From contig NW_026781697.1 of the NCBI RefSeq assembly GCF_030144855.1, forward strand, positions 1 to 64,000: 64,000 nucleotides of DNA, in the 5' to 3' direction. Numbering within the stretch: the stretch's first letter is position 1; each line of letters opens with the position of its first letter. The DNA is from Hypanus sabinus. Taxonomy: Eukaryota. The notes below the pieces were generated by a model. It searched no databases, was not told where the DNA came from, and worked only from the letters and a program-made list of their open reading frames with translations. This document shows positions 1 to 10,245 of the stretch, piece by piece. Position numbers and translations under genes: made by a program.

Positions 1-293
1 AATTAATAGACGACTACGCAGACAATAAATAGCAGATAAATAAATAGACTAATACGGAATTAATAAATAGTCAGATAAACAGTCCAGATGTAAAATTAAG
101 NNNNNNNNNNNNNNNNNNNNNNNNNNNNNNNNNNNNNNNNNNNNNNNNNNNNNNNNNNNNNNNNNNNNNNNNNNNNNNNNNNNNNNNNNNNNNNNNNNNN
201 NNNNNNNNNNNNNNNNNNNNNNNNNNNNNNNNNNNNNNNNNNNNNNNNNNNNNNNNNNNNNNNNNNNNNNNNNNNNNNNNNNNNNNNNNNNNN

Positions 294-560
294 GGGCAAA
301 CAAGAGAGGAAATAAAACACAGCGGTGGAGTTCATGTGTTCGTGTTCCGATCAGAAATCTGATGGCGGAGGGGAAGAAGCCGTTCCTGAATCGTTGTGTG
401 TGGGTCCCCGGTCTCCCGCACCTCCCCCTTGATGGTAGTAATGAGAAGAGGGCATGTACTGGGTGGTGGAACTCGACAATGATTGATGCTGCCTTACTGA
501 GGGATCGTCTGTTGAAGATGTGCTCTGTGCTGGGCGGGCTACTGTTCATGATGGCGGAGT
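294..560 (-). mobile_element. Rex1/Babar-like LINE 3' fragment (second copy at about 11090-11390)
   Basis: The minus-strand translation HHPVHALFSLLPSRGR...THTQRFRNGFFPSAIRFL resembles the C-terminus of this LINE group's ORF2. Confidence 0.6.
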
Positions 561-659
561 TTACTACCCGCTAAAGACGCGACAGTCTCCAGATGCTGTC
601 CATCCGAATCAACACACACACACAAATTGTTGTCAGAGCTCACCAGGTCTGGGCGCTGA

Positions 660-823
660 TATGGAAATGACGTCTCGGGCTTTGTCCCACCTCTTCAGCA
701 TTCTCCGTATTCCGGATTGGTGACCGCGGTCATCAATGTTCTCGGAAGGGGCGGGTCCTGATTCCGCACTTTCTTCCGCCCTGGCTCCCTCGCACAACAT
801 AGAGAAGGATCCCCCGAGAGAGG
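660..823 (+). promoter_or_regulatory. Putative proximal promoter of V1
   Basis: CRE-like TGACGTCT at 668-675, inverted CCAAT (ATTGG) at 716-720 and a GC box GGGGCGGG at 748-755, all upstream of the leader ATG at 824. The layout is retained in the V4 copy (about 11460-11620). CRE-like decamers are known in TRBV promoters. Confidence 0.35.
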
Positions 824-1914
824 ATGCTGCTGTCACTCGTCTGGCGTCGTTGCTTCAGGGGTAAGAATAATCTCACACAATAATTAATCTTCAATCCGTA
901 ACCAGGTTTGGTCATTGTGTTAAACCGGAACGAGTGCAGGGATGTTTTGACAGAATTTTGCTGGAATTAACGTGTCCGAGATACAAGGAGAGGTTTGCGT
1001 CGACTCGCATTTCATTCGCGGGAAAGTCGACGATAATCGCTAGGGCCAGAGTTAAAACGGGTCCGGACGGGGGCTTATAACGAGACGGCACGGGTTTATG
1101 ATGAGAGGTGACAGATTTGTAAGGGAACACCCGATATTAATGGTTACTTAGAACTGGCAATCAGAAAAATGGCGGATACAATAACAAATATTAAACATCG
1201 TCTACTAGTACAGAAGGGCGTCGACAGGAGAGGTTTACACGGCTATTGGCCGGACACGGGCAACCGGGACGGTCTGGGTTGTAAACATTGTCGGGATGGA
1301 CGAGGAGGTCAGCCGAAGTGAATGTTCCCATGCCGATGTAAATTTCAGTGTAAAATGATCAAGGTGGTCGCGGTGTTGCTAAACTGTAGTGATCCAGGAG
1401 ATGCCGTTTGGGTACCGACTGAGTCAAAGATCGTGGAAATAATTATCACATCAATATTTTATTCTCTTTATTTTATTCCCGTTCCCTTACCTCTCTCCAC
1501 TTCCCGTTCACTTACCTCTCTCCACTTCCCGTTCACTTACATCTCTCCACTTCCTGTTCCCTTACCTCTCTCCACTTCCTGTTCATTTACCTCTGTCCAC
1601 TTCCCGTTCCCTTCCCTAGGATCGACGTCTCAGTCCGTTCGCCAGGAGACGCCGGCTCTCTCCAAATCTCCCGGCGAGAGCGTGGAGCTGAAATGCATCC
1701 TGGACGGCGGTAGCGCTGGCAATTATCTCTACTGGTACCGAAAATATCCGGGGAAGGAGATTCAGTACCTGTTTCATTCCACGTATACTACGGTGTTTCC
1801 GGAGGGGGCTGTGGACGGCTTCACCGCCGAAAGACAAAAAGAGAAGACGTTCATTCTCAGCTCGGCCAGCGTGCGACCGGAGCAGTCGGCCGTCTACTAC
1901 TGCGCCTGGAGTCT
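824..1914 (+). CDS. TRBV: T-cell receptor beta variable segment V1 (TRBV30-like). Leader exon 824-860, V exon 1620-1914, open frame
   Basis: Phase-1 splice sites G|GTAAGA (860/861) and CCCTAG|GA (1619/1620). The V domain has first Cys (LKC), YWY Trp, FTAER, FILSS and YYCAWS, and is followed directly by a consensus 23-RSS. The leader reads MLLSLVWRRCFRG. Confidence 0.9.
1478..1619 (+). repeat. 25-bp pyrimidine-rich minisatellite (5 units plus a partial unit) at the 3' end of the V1 intron
   Basis: Unit CCCGTTCCCTTACCTCTCTCCACTT repeated over 1478-1602, then a partial unit ending in the acceptor AG. Confidence 0.9.
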
Positions 1915-1953
1915 CACAGTGGCTCAGAGACACGCCGGGGCCGAACAAAAACC
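1915..1953 (+). promoter_or_regulatory. Recombination signal sequence (23-RSS) of V1
   Basis: CACAGTG (1915-1921), 23-nt spacer, ACAAAAACC (1945-1953). Perfect consensus. Confidence 0.97.
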
Positions 1954-3397
1954 TTCGCTGGCGGCAGGAAACAGGTGATCTGTGAGAGTCATTGATCTGT
2001 GCTGCACAGAACACGCACATGATTGTTGAGAAACACGTGCAAGGCATCATTAGCAAACCTGCCAGTGTCACAGAGAAAGAGAGGGATCCTTCCAGATGGG
2101 CGCGAGGTGCGGGGATCAAAACCACCGATCAGATGATGGGACGGTGATGTGAGGAAAGTTATCCTCACAGGGGTGTGGTGAAGAGTACGGGGCGGCACGG
2201 TAGAGAAGCACAGCGGGAAACGGGACGATGTTATCGCGCTCGCTTTCATTTCCGCTGTGACCTTGTGGGCACCGCCAGTTTCCCAGCATATTCCATAAGA
2301 AGATAAGACCTTAAGGTTTAGGAGCAAATGTCGGCCATTCGTCCTATCGAGTTTGCTTCGCCATTCAATCTTGGGCTGATCCACTTCATACAGTCATCCA
2401 GTCATACCCACTCCCTGCTTTCACCCCGTACCCTTTCATGCCCTTGCTAATCAAGAACCTATCTATCGCTGCCGTAAATGATCCCAATGAGTTGTCCTCC
2501 GCAGCCGCTCCTGGCATCAAACCCCACGGATATTCGCAAACCTTCGTACATTCCAGCGACTGAGTGAGACGGTTTGATCGGAGTGAGCATCAGTTACGGG
2601 GCCGGGCAAAACAAGAGAAGCTGGAGAAACGAGCTGCGTTTTTCGGATGTTAAAACGGGATGTGACTTTCACAATGATCGGCGCCAGACCCGAGAAATGT
2701 CGTAGAACAGAGGGACCGTGGAGTAGAGGTAAACGGTTCTAGGGAGGCGAAATCAGGAGTAGAGAGTGCGGCGACGGAGGCATTTGGCACGTCATCCTTC
2801 GTCAGTCAGGACACTGAGTACGGGAGCCGGGAAGTCACGTCCCAGTTGTACAAAAACGCCCCTGGGGCCGCACCTGGTGTACGGTGTTCAGTTTTGGTCG
2901 CACCGCTGCAGGAAAGATGCCACTGAGCTGGGAAGACTGCAGAGGGAGCCATACAAGGATGTTTCCGGTACTCGAGGGACTGAGTTATGGAGAGATGTCG
3001 AGCAGGATGGGACGGTGGATCGTTGAAGTGACCTTACAGGGGATTGTAAAGCCACGACGGGCGCAGATAGTGCGAATGCGGGGCGGTCTGTTAACGGGCT
3101 TGGTTGCGAGGAGGGAGGGGTGGAAATCAACAAAGCGAGAGCCGTGTGAAACAGGGAACGGTGCTGCCTGAAACCCGCTGATAGTAGTGGTGGGGGTGTT
3201 GGGTGTTATTAGGAACATGAACGAGTAGGGAATGTAGGAACATGGACCGTATGCAGATGGGCTTAGCTTAACTTACATCATATCCTGCACTGTTCCATTT
3301 CGTAATTTCTTCTGCGGTCAACTATACGACATATGCGCCTGACATGACCGCAGTGGCAAACGTCATTTCCTGTTCTCCCCACCTTGTCGACAGTGGA

Positions 3398-3436
3398 GGT
3401 TTTTGTCGCATCGGCCCGTTTCTCTGAGTCACTGTT
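3398..3436 (-). promoter_or_regulatory. 23-RSS of V2 with a non-canonical heptamer
   Basis: Minus strand: AACAGTG (3436-3430), 23-nt spacer, ACAAAAACC (3406-3398). Confidence 0.9.
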
Positions 3437-4142
3437 GTCGACTCCAGGCGCAGAAGTACACGGCCGAGTGATTGGCCCAGATCTGGTCGTTTGTCAGAAT
3501 GAAGGTATTTCCCTCAGGTCTCTTGGCGATGAATCCCTCCACGGCTTTCTCCGGAGTTACTAGATCTGTGCCAGTGGACCGGAACAGGTACTGTGGAGCC
3601 TCTCCCGGGTATTGCCGGTACCAGTACATGTATGGATTGCTACTGCCTCCGGATAGCGTGCAGCTCAGTCGGACATCCTTCCCTGGAGGCGCGGAGACAG
3701 CCTGCGGAGTCTGATGGATCTTCTGCGAATTCGCCTCTGGCCCAAAGACAGGGAGAAGAGAGCGGTCAGTGAGGAGGGGGAGCCGTTGACAGAGGAGAGA
3801 AGAAATGGTCTGCGACGGGTGAGTGAGGAAAAGCAGAGGGACGACTGCGCACAGGAGCACCAGCTGTCCATTTGGTCCGCGACTATTTTCTAACCCCTAT
3901 GTAGCACTAGATGTATTCTCGCCAACACACTATTTTTTCCCAAACTACTCTTGAAGCCAATAAACATTTTACTGTACTGAAATAACAAATATTCAGGCGG
4001 TGTTGGAATTGGAGAGAAATGTAATTCTTAAAAAAGTTGTGGAGTTCAGGACATGACTGGCTGAAGGGTTGAGTACTCGAGGTAAAATTTACTTACCGGG
4101 GCAGTAAAAAATATAACCCAGAAGAAGGGCGAGGAATCTCAT
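3437..4142 (-). CDS. TRBV: T-cell receptor beta variable segment V2 (TRBV30-like). Leader exon 4142-4097, V exon 3736-3437, open frame
   Basis: Leader MRFLALLLGYIFYCP then G|GTAAGT, acceptor GGCCAG|AG. The V domain reads SQKIHQTP...LSC...SSNPYMYWYRQ...FIAKRP...FIL...AVYFCAWS with both Cys and the Trp intact. Confidence 0.92.
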
Positions 4143-5479
4143 TTTGGGATTTTGGCTGCAGCTTGTGCGCCCGACGTGGGCTCTTGCCTCGCTTTCTGAT
4201 CTCGGTGGACTGGGAGAAACGCGGAGTTGGTGAGCTAGATGAGCTCTGAGTCCAGCCCCCACCCAATCGACGAAGGAAGTGAGCTGTGGCCAAGTGCAAA
4301 CGTGGGTTGTGATTGGCTCTGCGTCGTCCAATGATCTCCGGAGAATGCGAATGGGCGTGAGGTTGTTTCAAAGGCGTGGGGCTCCTTGTGATTGTTCGCC
4401 GCTCGGTACCGGTGACGAGTTTGAGAAATGAATTCTTCATTAAGCTGTTGCAAATTGACAAGTGGTCCAGACACTCTTGTTTCCAACTCCAGAAATTGCA
4501 AGCTGTACCCCACTTAGTAATTCAGATCACCCTTACTTCGTGATCTTTCTCTCTCTTTCTTTTTCTCCATCTCCACCATCCCTCATGGACAAATCAAGGG
4601 TCAGTCTGTTGTATCGCGTAGTGCAATCTTGCTGACGCATTTGTGTGCGGTGAACTCCGGCAATAGGGCAAACATGAACGGTTGGCTGCAAGCGCGTTGA
4701 TGTTAACGCATCATATTCACCGAAAAAAGAACCAGTAAACGACAGCCGGATTAAAGTTGCGTCATCTCAGAGAAAACCAAGTGATCGCTCATTGTACTTT
4801 ACCGGGGATGACTGTGAGTTGTGCTGAAGCGGGGACTGCACTAGCCGTCTCAAAGTGGAAACAGCGCCGAAGAGGCGGACCCATGAACAGGATTTCAGCC
4901 TTGGGCGCCACGGTTAGGGGTCAGTGCGCCGTTCATTTCCGGCAGTGAGACTGTATGAGTTTCCTCCCGGAATCTTCCGTTTCCAAACTCAATCAAAAGG
5001 CTAGGTTAATTGCTGATGTTCATCTCGGTGAATGGGGGAGGGATGGTTGTGGATTTCATGGCCTGCGTGGCACTGAGGGGCTATTCTGCATCGTGGCGCT
5101 AAGCAAACAATAAAAAAAATCACATAAAAAGGAGAATACATTGACTGTACAATGATTGTCGCTGCCTGACGTGTCGGTTTGGGTTCTTCAAAAGCTAATG
5201 ATCTCTGAGTACTTTTACGCACAGAGAGCTCTGGAATTTACACGAAAGGGTGTGAAACACAAAGAATATTCACTAAGCTGCAATCTGTTCCCTTGTCAGA
5301 TGAGAATATCCCAACTGGTTTCAAGCTGACACGAATGCGACCTGAACTCAGATAAAGGCGCGTCGAGACAGTGCTGTGCAGATGATCTCTGATAACTTCC
5401 AAACTTCGAGAGGACGAACATCGAGTTACGGGGTGACCCTGTGTTCCAACCAGATGCAAGTTACACCCTCCACCCCGGT

Positions 5480-6010
5480 TCCCTTGAAGGGGGCGGTCAT
5501 GTTCCCTTGGTGGGTGACAGACGACTCCCTACCTTGATCTTTTTGAAAATCAATAGGTCAACGCGGCTGCTGCAGGAAAACAGATGCATAGACCATCAGC
5601 TATTCGGTCTTTCATGACTGCCCAGCCATTCCATCAAGTCTGATTTATTATCCCTGTCAACCTCATGCCTGAGACCCCCTGATTAATTAAGAACAGCTCG
5701 ACTTCCCCCTTAAATATACCCAATGACTTGTTCTGCCCCTCCCCCGTCCGTGGCGGGGTATCTACAGATTCATTATCGTTTGGCGAAGGAGATCGTTTCT
5801 CCTTCCTGTTCTGAATGGACGCCACTCCATTCTGAAGTCGCGGCCTCTGGTCACTCTGGGAATCATTGACTCCTCATCCATCTTATTCAGTCTGTTCAAT
5901 ATCGGAAAGGTTTTAATGAGATCCGCCCGCATTCGACTAAGCACCACCCAGCACAGATCCAGAGGCACCAAACTCTCCCCATATGTTAACCATATGTTTC
6001 CCGGGATCAT
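5480..6010 (-). mobile_element. CR1 LINE ORF2 3' fragment
   Basis: The minus-strand translation RMRADLIKTFPILNRLNKMDEE...TRGRDFR...PFRT matches the CR1 post-RT region. Confidence 0.6.
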
Positions 6011-6360
6011 TCTTACGAAACTTATTCGGAGCCGCTCCAAAGCCGGGACTTAATTTCTTGGATAAATGGCCCAGAACTGCTCGCTAAATGGGAACTGAAA
6101 ATTTGCCCGTTACGCTAGGATCGGGGGCGCAGTGGCTGGAAAGGTGGGCTGTCAAAACTGGCATCAGGATCTGGACCGGCTGGGGAAACGGACGGATCAA
6201 TGGCAGGTGGAACATAATGGAGACTTTGCACTTTGGGAAGGCAAACCAGGGTAAGAGTCGAACTGTGAGCCGTCGGGCACTGAGGAGTCCAGTAGGACAG
6301 GGAGACAGGGAATAGGGACAGGAAATTCATTGAAATTGGATTCACAGTTAGATGGGATCT

Positions 6361-6730
6361 CGTTACGTACCCCATAACGGGTTAAAAAGAACCATCGGAA
6401 ATGGGCACACCTGGAGACTGAATCTTCCGTTATAAACTCTATTTTATTAGTAACTACGAGAATAAAGTCATAAAACACAAGATAAGGTAAACAGGTTAGC
6501 AGTGTATATACACTTATATAGTTGAGTAAATAGGGTTCTCAGTCTTCCCCAGCTCAGGTGATTGGGTGATACAGTCCTACGGTGGGATGGTAAGTAATCA
6601 GTTCAGTTCTGGAATTTGATTTGAGCAGAGTTGGAGAGAGAGAGAGAGAGTTAGGGTGTTGGTTGTCTTCCCAATGCCGATGCGGATCCTCCACGTTGTC
6701 CTCCTGATTAAAGTCACCATTTTGTGACTA
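6361..6730 (-). mobile_element. LTR-like fragment related to those at about 15.5-16.4 kb and 51.6-52.4 kb
   Basis: Shares the motif order GAAGA...(CT)n...GAACTGAAC with the other two and has a GGGGTACGTAAC-type terminus. Confidence 0.4.
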
Positions 6731-7607
6731 CAGAAAGAGGAATGCCGGTTTTCCACAGAGAGCTATCACCCCTGGCGAGGGTTAAACACACCGACAGCTC
6801 CTCACCGGTCGCCCCTTTTCCACACTGTGAACAAAAGCCCCACCCTTGCCGTGGGCACACAAAGCTCGCCGGTGTCCTCCTTGCCTCTGGCGTCGTGTGT
6901 CTGATTATAAATCCAGTCGACCTCACTCGTGCGGAGCACCCAGCTGTCCATCATATAGCTCCGCCTTTCGGTTTCCAAGGCAACTCACAGGCTTTCCTTC
7001 TCCCCCTGCTGCTGAAATAACACACAGGCTGTCCGCTCCCGCTCTCTCTTGTTAAAGGAACAGTCCATTTTGGAATAATCCTTCAGATCATGTCACAGGT
7101 CTAAAGAGATGTTTTGTCACATGGGCCTTCAGTAATCAAAGTATTCCACACAGGAAATGGGATGTTATGTTGCCGGTTTGTAGGACGTTGTCCAGACCAG
7201 ATTTGCCGAATAGTGTGCGGTTCTGATCACCTCCCTTTCGGGAAGATGTCGGTCAGATTGAACGTGTGAAGGGAAAATCTACACGGCTGTTGCCGCAGTT
7301 ATGTTGACTTGGAAACGGTGAATGGGATCGGAATTTATCCCCTGGAGCGAAGGAAAAGGAGGAGAGAGTTGAAGGAGGAAGATTTTATGAAGGCTGCTGT
7401 TAGTTAAATACAACCAGGCCTTATCCACTGAGGTCGGGAGAGACATGGAGAAGAAACTCGGGAAGAGAGGAAAGAGTAGGGAGAGGTGAGAGCGAGACAG
7501 AATAAAGAGAGAAAGAACGGGAGAGTGTGATAGAGAGAGCGATGACTGTCTGTGCTTGCACCTGGCCACACCCCCCCACCCGCCAGCTGCTTCCTGTGAC
7601 GTTGGAA

Positions 7608-7646
7608 GGTTTTTGTTCGGCGCCAGTGTGTCTCTGAGTCACTGTG
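7608..7646 (-). promoter_or_regulatory. 23-RSS of V3
   Basis: Minus strand: CACAGTG (7646-7640), 23-nt spacer, ACAAAAACC (7616-7608). Confidence 0.97.
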
Positions 7647-7932
7647 AAGACTCCACCCACAGAAGTAGACGGCTGAATCGTTCGGCAGCACGCCGGGAGA
7701 GCTCAGAATGAACGTCTCGGCATCCTGTCTCCGGGCGGTGAATCCGTCCTCCGCCCCCTGAGGATAGACGGTGTTGACGCCCACAGAGTAAAAGAGGTTG
7801 TGAATCTCCTTCCCGGGGTATTGCCTGACACCAGTAGAAGGGGTCATCGCTAATGCTGCCCTTTCTGAGGCACCTCAGAGCCACACTCTCCCCAGGAAGC
7901 TTGGTGAGGGCCAAATAATGGTCTGAAGGGTA
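7647..7932 (-). pseudogene. TRBV: TRBV pseudogene V3 (5' end lost in an assembly gap)
   Basis: LALTKLPGESVALRC...DPFYW is in one frame and RQYPGKEIHNLFYSVG...FTARR...FILSS...NDSAVYFCGWS is in another, giving a +1 shift at about 7827-7830. There is also an apparent frameshifting deletion in FR1 near 7912. Confidence 0.85.
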
Positions 7933-8409
7933 NNNNNNNNNNNNNNNNNNNNNNNNNNNNNNNNNNNNNNNNNNNNNNNNNNNNNNNNNNNNNNNNNNNN
8001 NNNNNNNNNNNNNNNNNNNNNNNNNNNNNNNNNNNNNNNNNNNNNNNNNNNNNNNNNNNNNNNNNNNNNNNNNNNNNNNNNNNNNNNNNNNNNNNNNNNN
8101 NNNNNNNNNNNNNNNNNNNNNNNNNNNNNNNNNNNNNNNNNNNNNNNNNNNNNNNNNNNNNNNNNNNNNNNNNNNATGTAGGAGAGAGGAGAGAGAGTGG
8201 TACAGAGAGAGCACGGGACAGAGAGGGAGAGACGGTGAGAGAGAGGTGGTGAGGGAGGGGAGGGTGGAGAGACCGGAAGATTGTAAGAGACAGGTGCTGC
8301 TTTAATGCGAAAAGTATTTTAAGGGCAGAACAGAAAACAATAAACGCTAGGCCAAACAGAGCTATTATCTATGTTTTTCTATGATTCTATATAAGCTTTT
8401 CGATGTTTC

Positions 8410-9270
8410 TATATAAACGAACTGGCTGAAAATGTGGATGGGTGGTTTAGTAAGTTTGCAGATGATATGAAGGTCGGTGCTGATGTCAATAGTGTAGGAC
8501 TGGCAAAGAAACTCAATGGGATATCGATCAGCTACAGATATGGGCAGAGAAATGGCCGATTGAGTTCAGCCTTAAAGTGTCAAATGTAAGGAGACTGTAC
8601 TCTGTTTAGGGCAATACCATTACAGTGTTGATGAGCAGAAGGATTGTTGGGGCCAATCTCACAGCTCCCTGAAAGTGGCTACATAGGCTGTTGCGAAGGC
8701 GTATGGCCTGAGACCAAAGGTCAGGAAGTTATGTTGCAGCTTTATAAAACACCAGTTAGATCGCATCTGTAGTATTGCATATAGTTTGTTGAGGCCTTTG
8801 GGGGTCGCACTTCACCAGGATGCTGCATGGATTAGAGGGCATGAGATTGGACAAACAGAGGTAATTTTCTCCAGGGTTACCAAGGGGAATTCAGATAGAG
8901 GTTTATAAGATTACGAGAGGCATTGAGCAGACAGACAGTACCTTTGTACCAGAGTTGAAATGCCTAATACCTGACAGAATGCATTTGTGGTGAGAGGGGG
9001 TAATATCAAAGGAGATGAAAGAAAAAAGTGTTTTTTTACAGAGAGTGGTGGGTGCATGGAATTTGCTGCCAGGTGGTGGCAGAGGATGACACATTAGGAA
9101 CTTTACACAGTTGTTTAGATAAGGCACATGATTGGTGAAAAGTCAGAGATATGGGCAGTGTGCAGGCACAAAGGATTTGTTTAGTTGCTCACTGGAATAT
9201 TAGTTTGTTTGGTTAAGCACAACAATGTGGGCCAGAAGTCCTGTTTCTGTGCTGTACTGTTCTATGTTCT
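8410..9270 (+). mobile_element. Degenerate CR1 ORF2 3' half with 3' UTR
   Basis: A KFADDMKV motif at about 8452-8475 is followed by the typical CR1 post-RT sequence and 3' end. Confidence 0.7.
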
Positions 9271-10129
9271 ATAACTAAAACTCTCAGACTTGAACCGAGA
9301 TACGAACATCGCGTCTGAACGGAATATCTAAACGTAAACCGAGTACCGCTCGTTCTCCCAGTCAGTCCACTGTTCTCGGGGAAGGCCGAATGCAAGCCGG
9401 CAGTGTAGCGTTCCTGTGCTTTGCTCGAGTATCGGCAAACGCTACAGCGGTAAGCAGGGAGTTAAATACCGCCGTCATGAAATCGTTATCTGACACATAC
9501 ATAACCACGAACACAATTATCGAATCTGTTGCGCAGCGGAGTCCTGGTTGTGACAGGGCTTCCACACCCTTCCTCTGTCTTGGTTGGTTGAACTCCATCG
9601 GACTCTCCTCTGTCCGGCTCTGCATCCTACCAAAGACCCGTTGTAAGCAACGACAACCTCATGCACTTCCCACAACACAACCGAACCTCGCGTTTCCTGT
9701 AACCGTATTTACCCACTGTTCCACTTCCCCCTCGATGTCAGTTACGATAGAAACTGTCCAAGTGGTGTATAAAGCGAGCGGAATAGCAAAGTGGCGTTTA
9801 TGGGTTTACAGACCTTTCAGACATCTGATGACGCTGGGGAAGAACTTGGTCAAGGATCTTACACTCTTCCGGATCCTGTGCCTCCGCTGCGCTGGTCGGA
9901 AGGAGAAGCGGAAATATTCTGGGTGGTGAGGGTCCTGAGAGATCTATACCAATCACCTGGGGCACTGCTTTATATCTGTGTGAATCTATGATTTCAACGA
10001 GATTTGTCGACTTTCCTGGACTGTTGTCTTGGTTTTGATAGAAGGGCAGAATATGCAGAGAGACAGTTACCCACTGGAGAGGGACCAAGATGAAATCCTC
10101 TTTGAGAAGCCGTGCGTGTCCTTCATTTT

Positions 10130-10245
10130 TCCTTTCAGTTTGTCCTGACGAAGGGTCTCGGCCCGAAACGTCGACAGTGCTTCTGCTTATAGATGCTGCC
10201 TGGCTTGTTGTTTTCCACCAGCATTTTGTGTGTTGCTTGGATGTC
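10130..10245 (+). ncRNA. Penelope-like element terminal fragment containing a minimal type I hammerhead ribozyme motif
   Basis: Stem I TGTC (10141-44)/GACA (10173-76), core CTGACGA (10145-51), stem II GGG/CCC, then GAAA, palindromic ACGT and a GTC cleavage triplet ending at 10172. Confidence 0.7.

Larger units (their letters stand above)
1..3180 (+). repeat. Segmental duplication, copy 1 (carries TRBV segment V1); paralogous to about 10885-13925
   Basis: Colinear similarity by eye. 1-100 matches about 10885-10990, 300-1050 matches 11100-11850, the V exon and RSS match, and 1950-3180 matches 12500-13925. Boundaries are approximate. Confidence 0.85.

Noticed and set aside
1322-1619. N-terminal 99 codons of the 218-aa ORF as part of the V protein
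   Set aside because: This is intron sequence read through by chance (the pyrimidine minisatellite). A proper leader exon and splice sites exist at 824-860 and 1619/1620.
1989-2384. Paralogous minus-strand ORFs just after V1 and V4 (also 12575-13042)
   Set aside because: The similarity follows from the segmental duplication. The frames diverge, parts are antisense CR1 3' sequence, and no domain is recognisable.
9390-9929. 179-aa ORF with a leader-like start (MQAGSVAFLCF...GTAAGC), and a possible V3 leader near 9780-9900 on the minus strand
   Set aside because: The plus-strand donor would be phase 0 with no unassigned V downstream. The minus-strand region resembles the V1/V4 promoter only weakly, and I found no in-frame ATG with a phase-1 donor.
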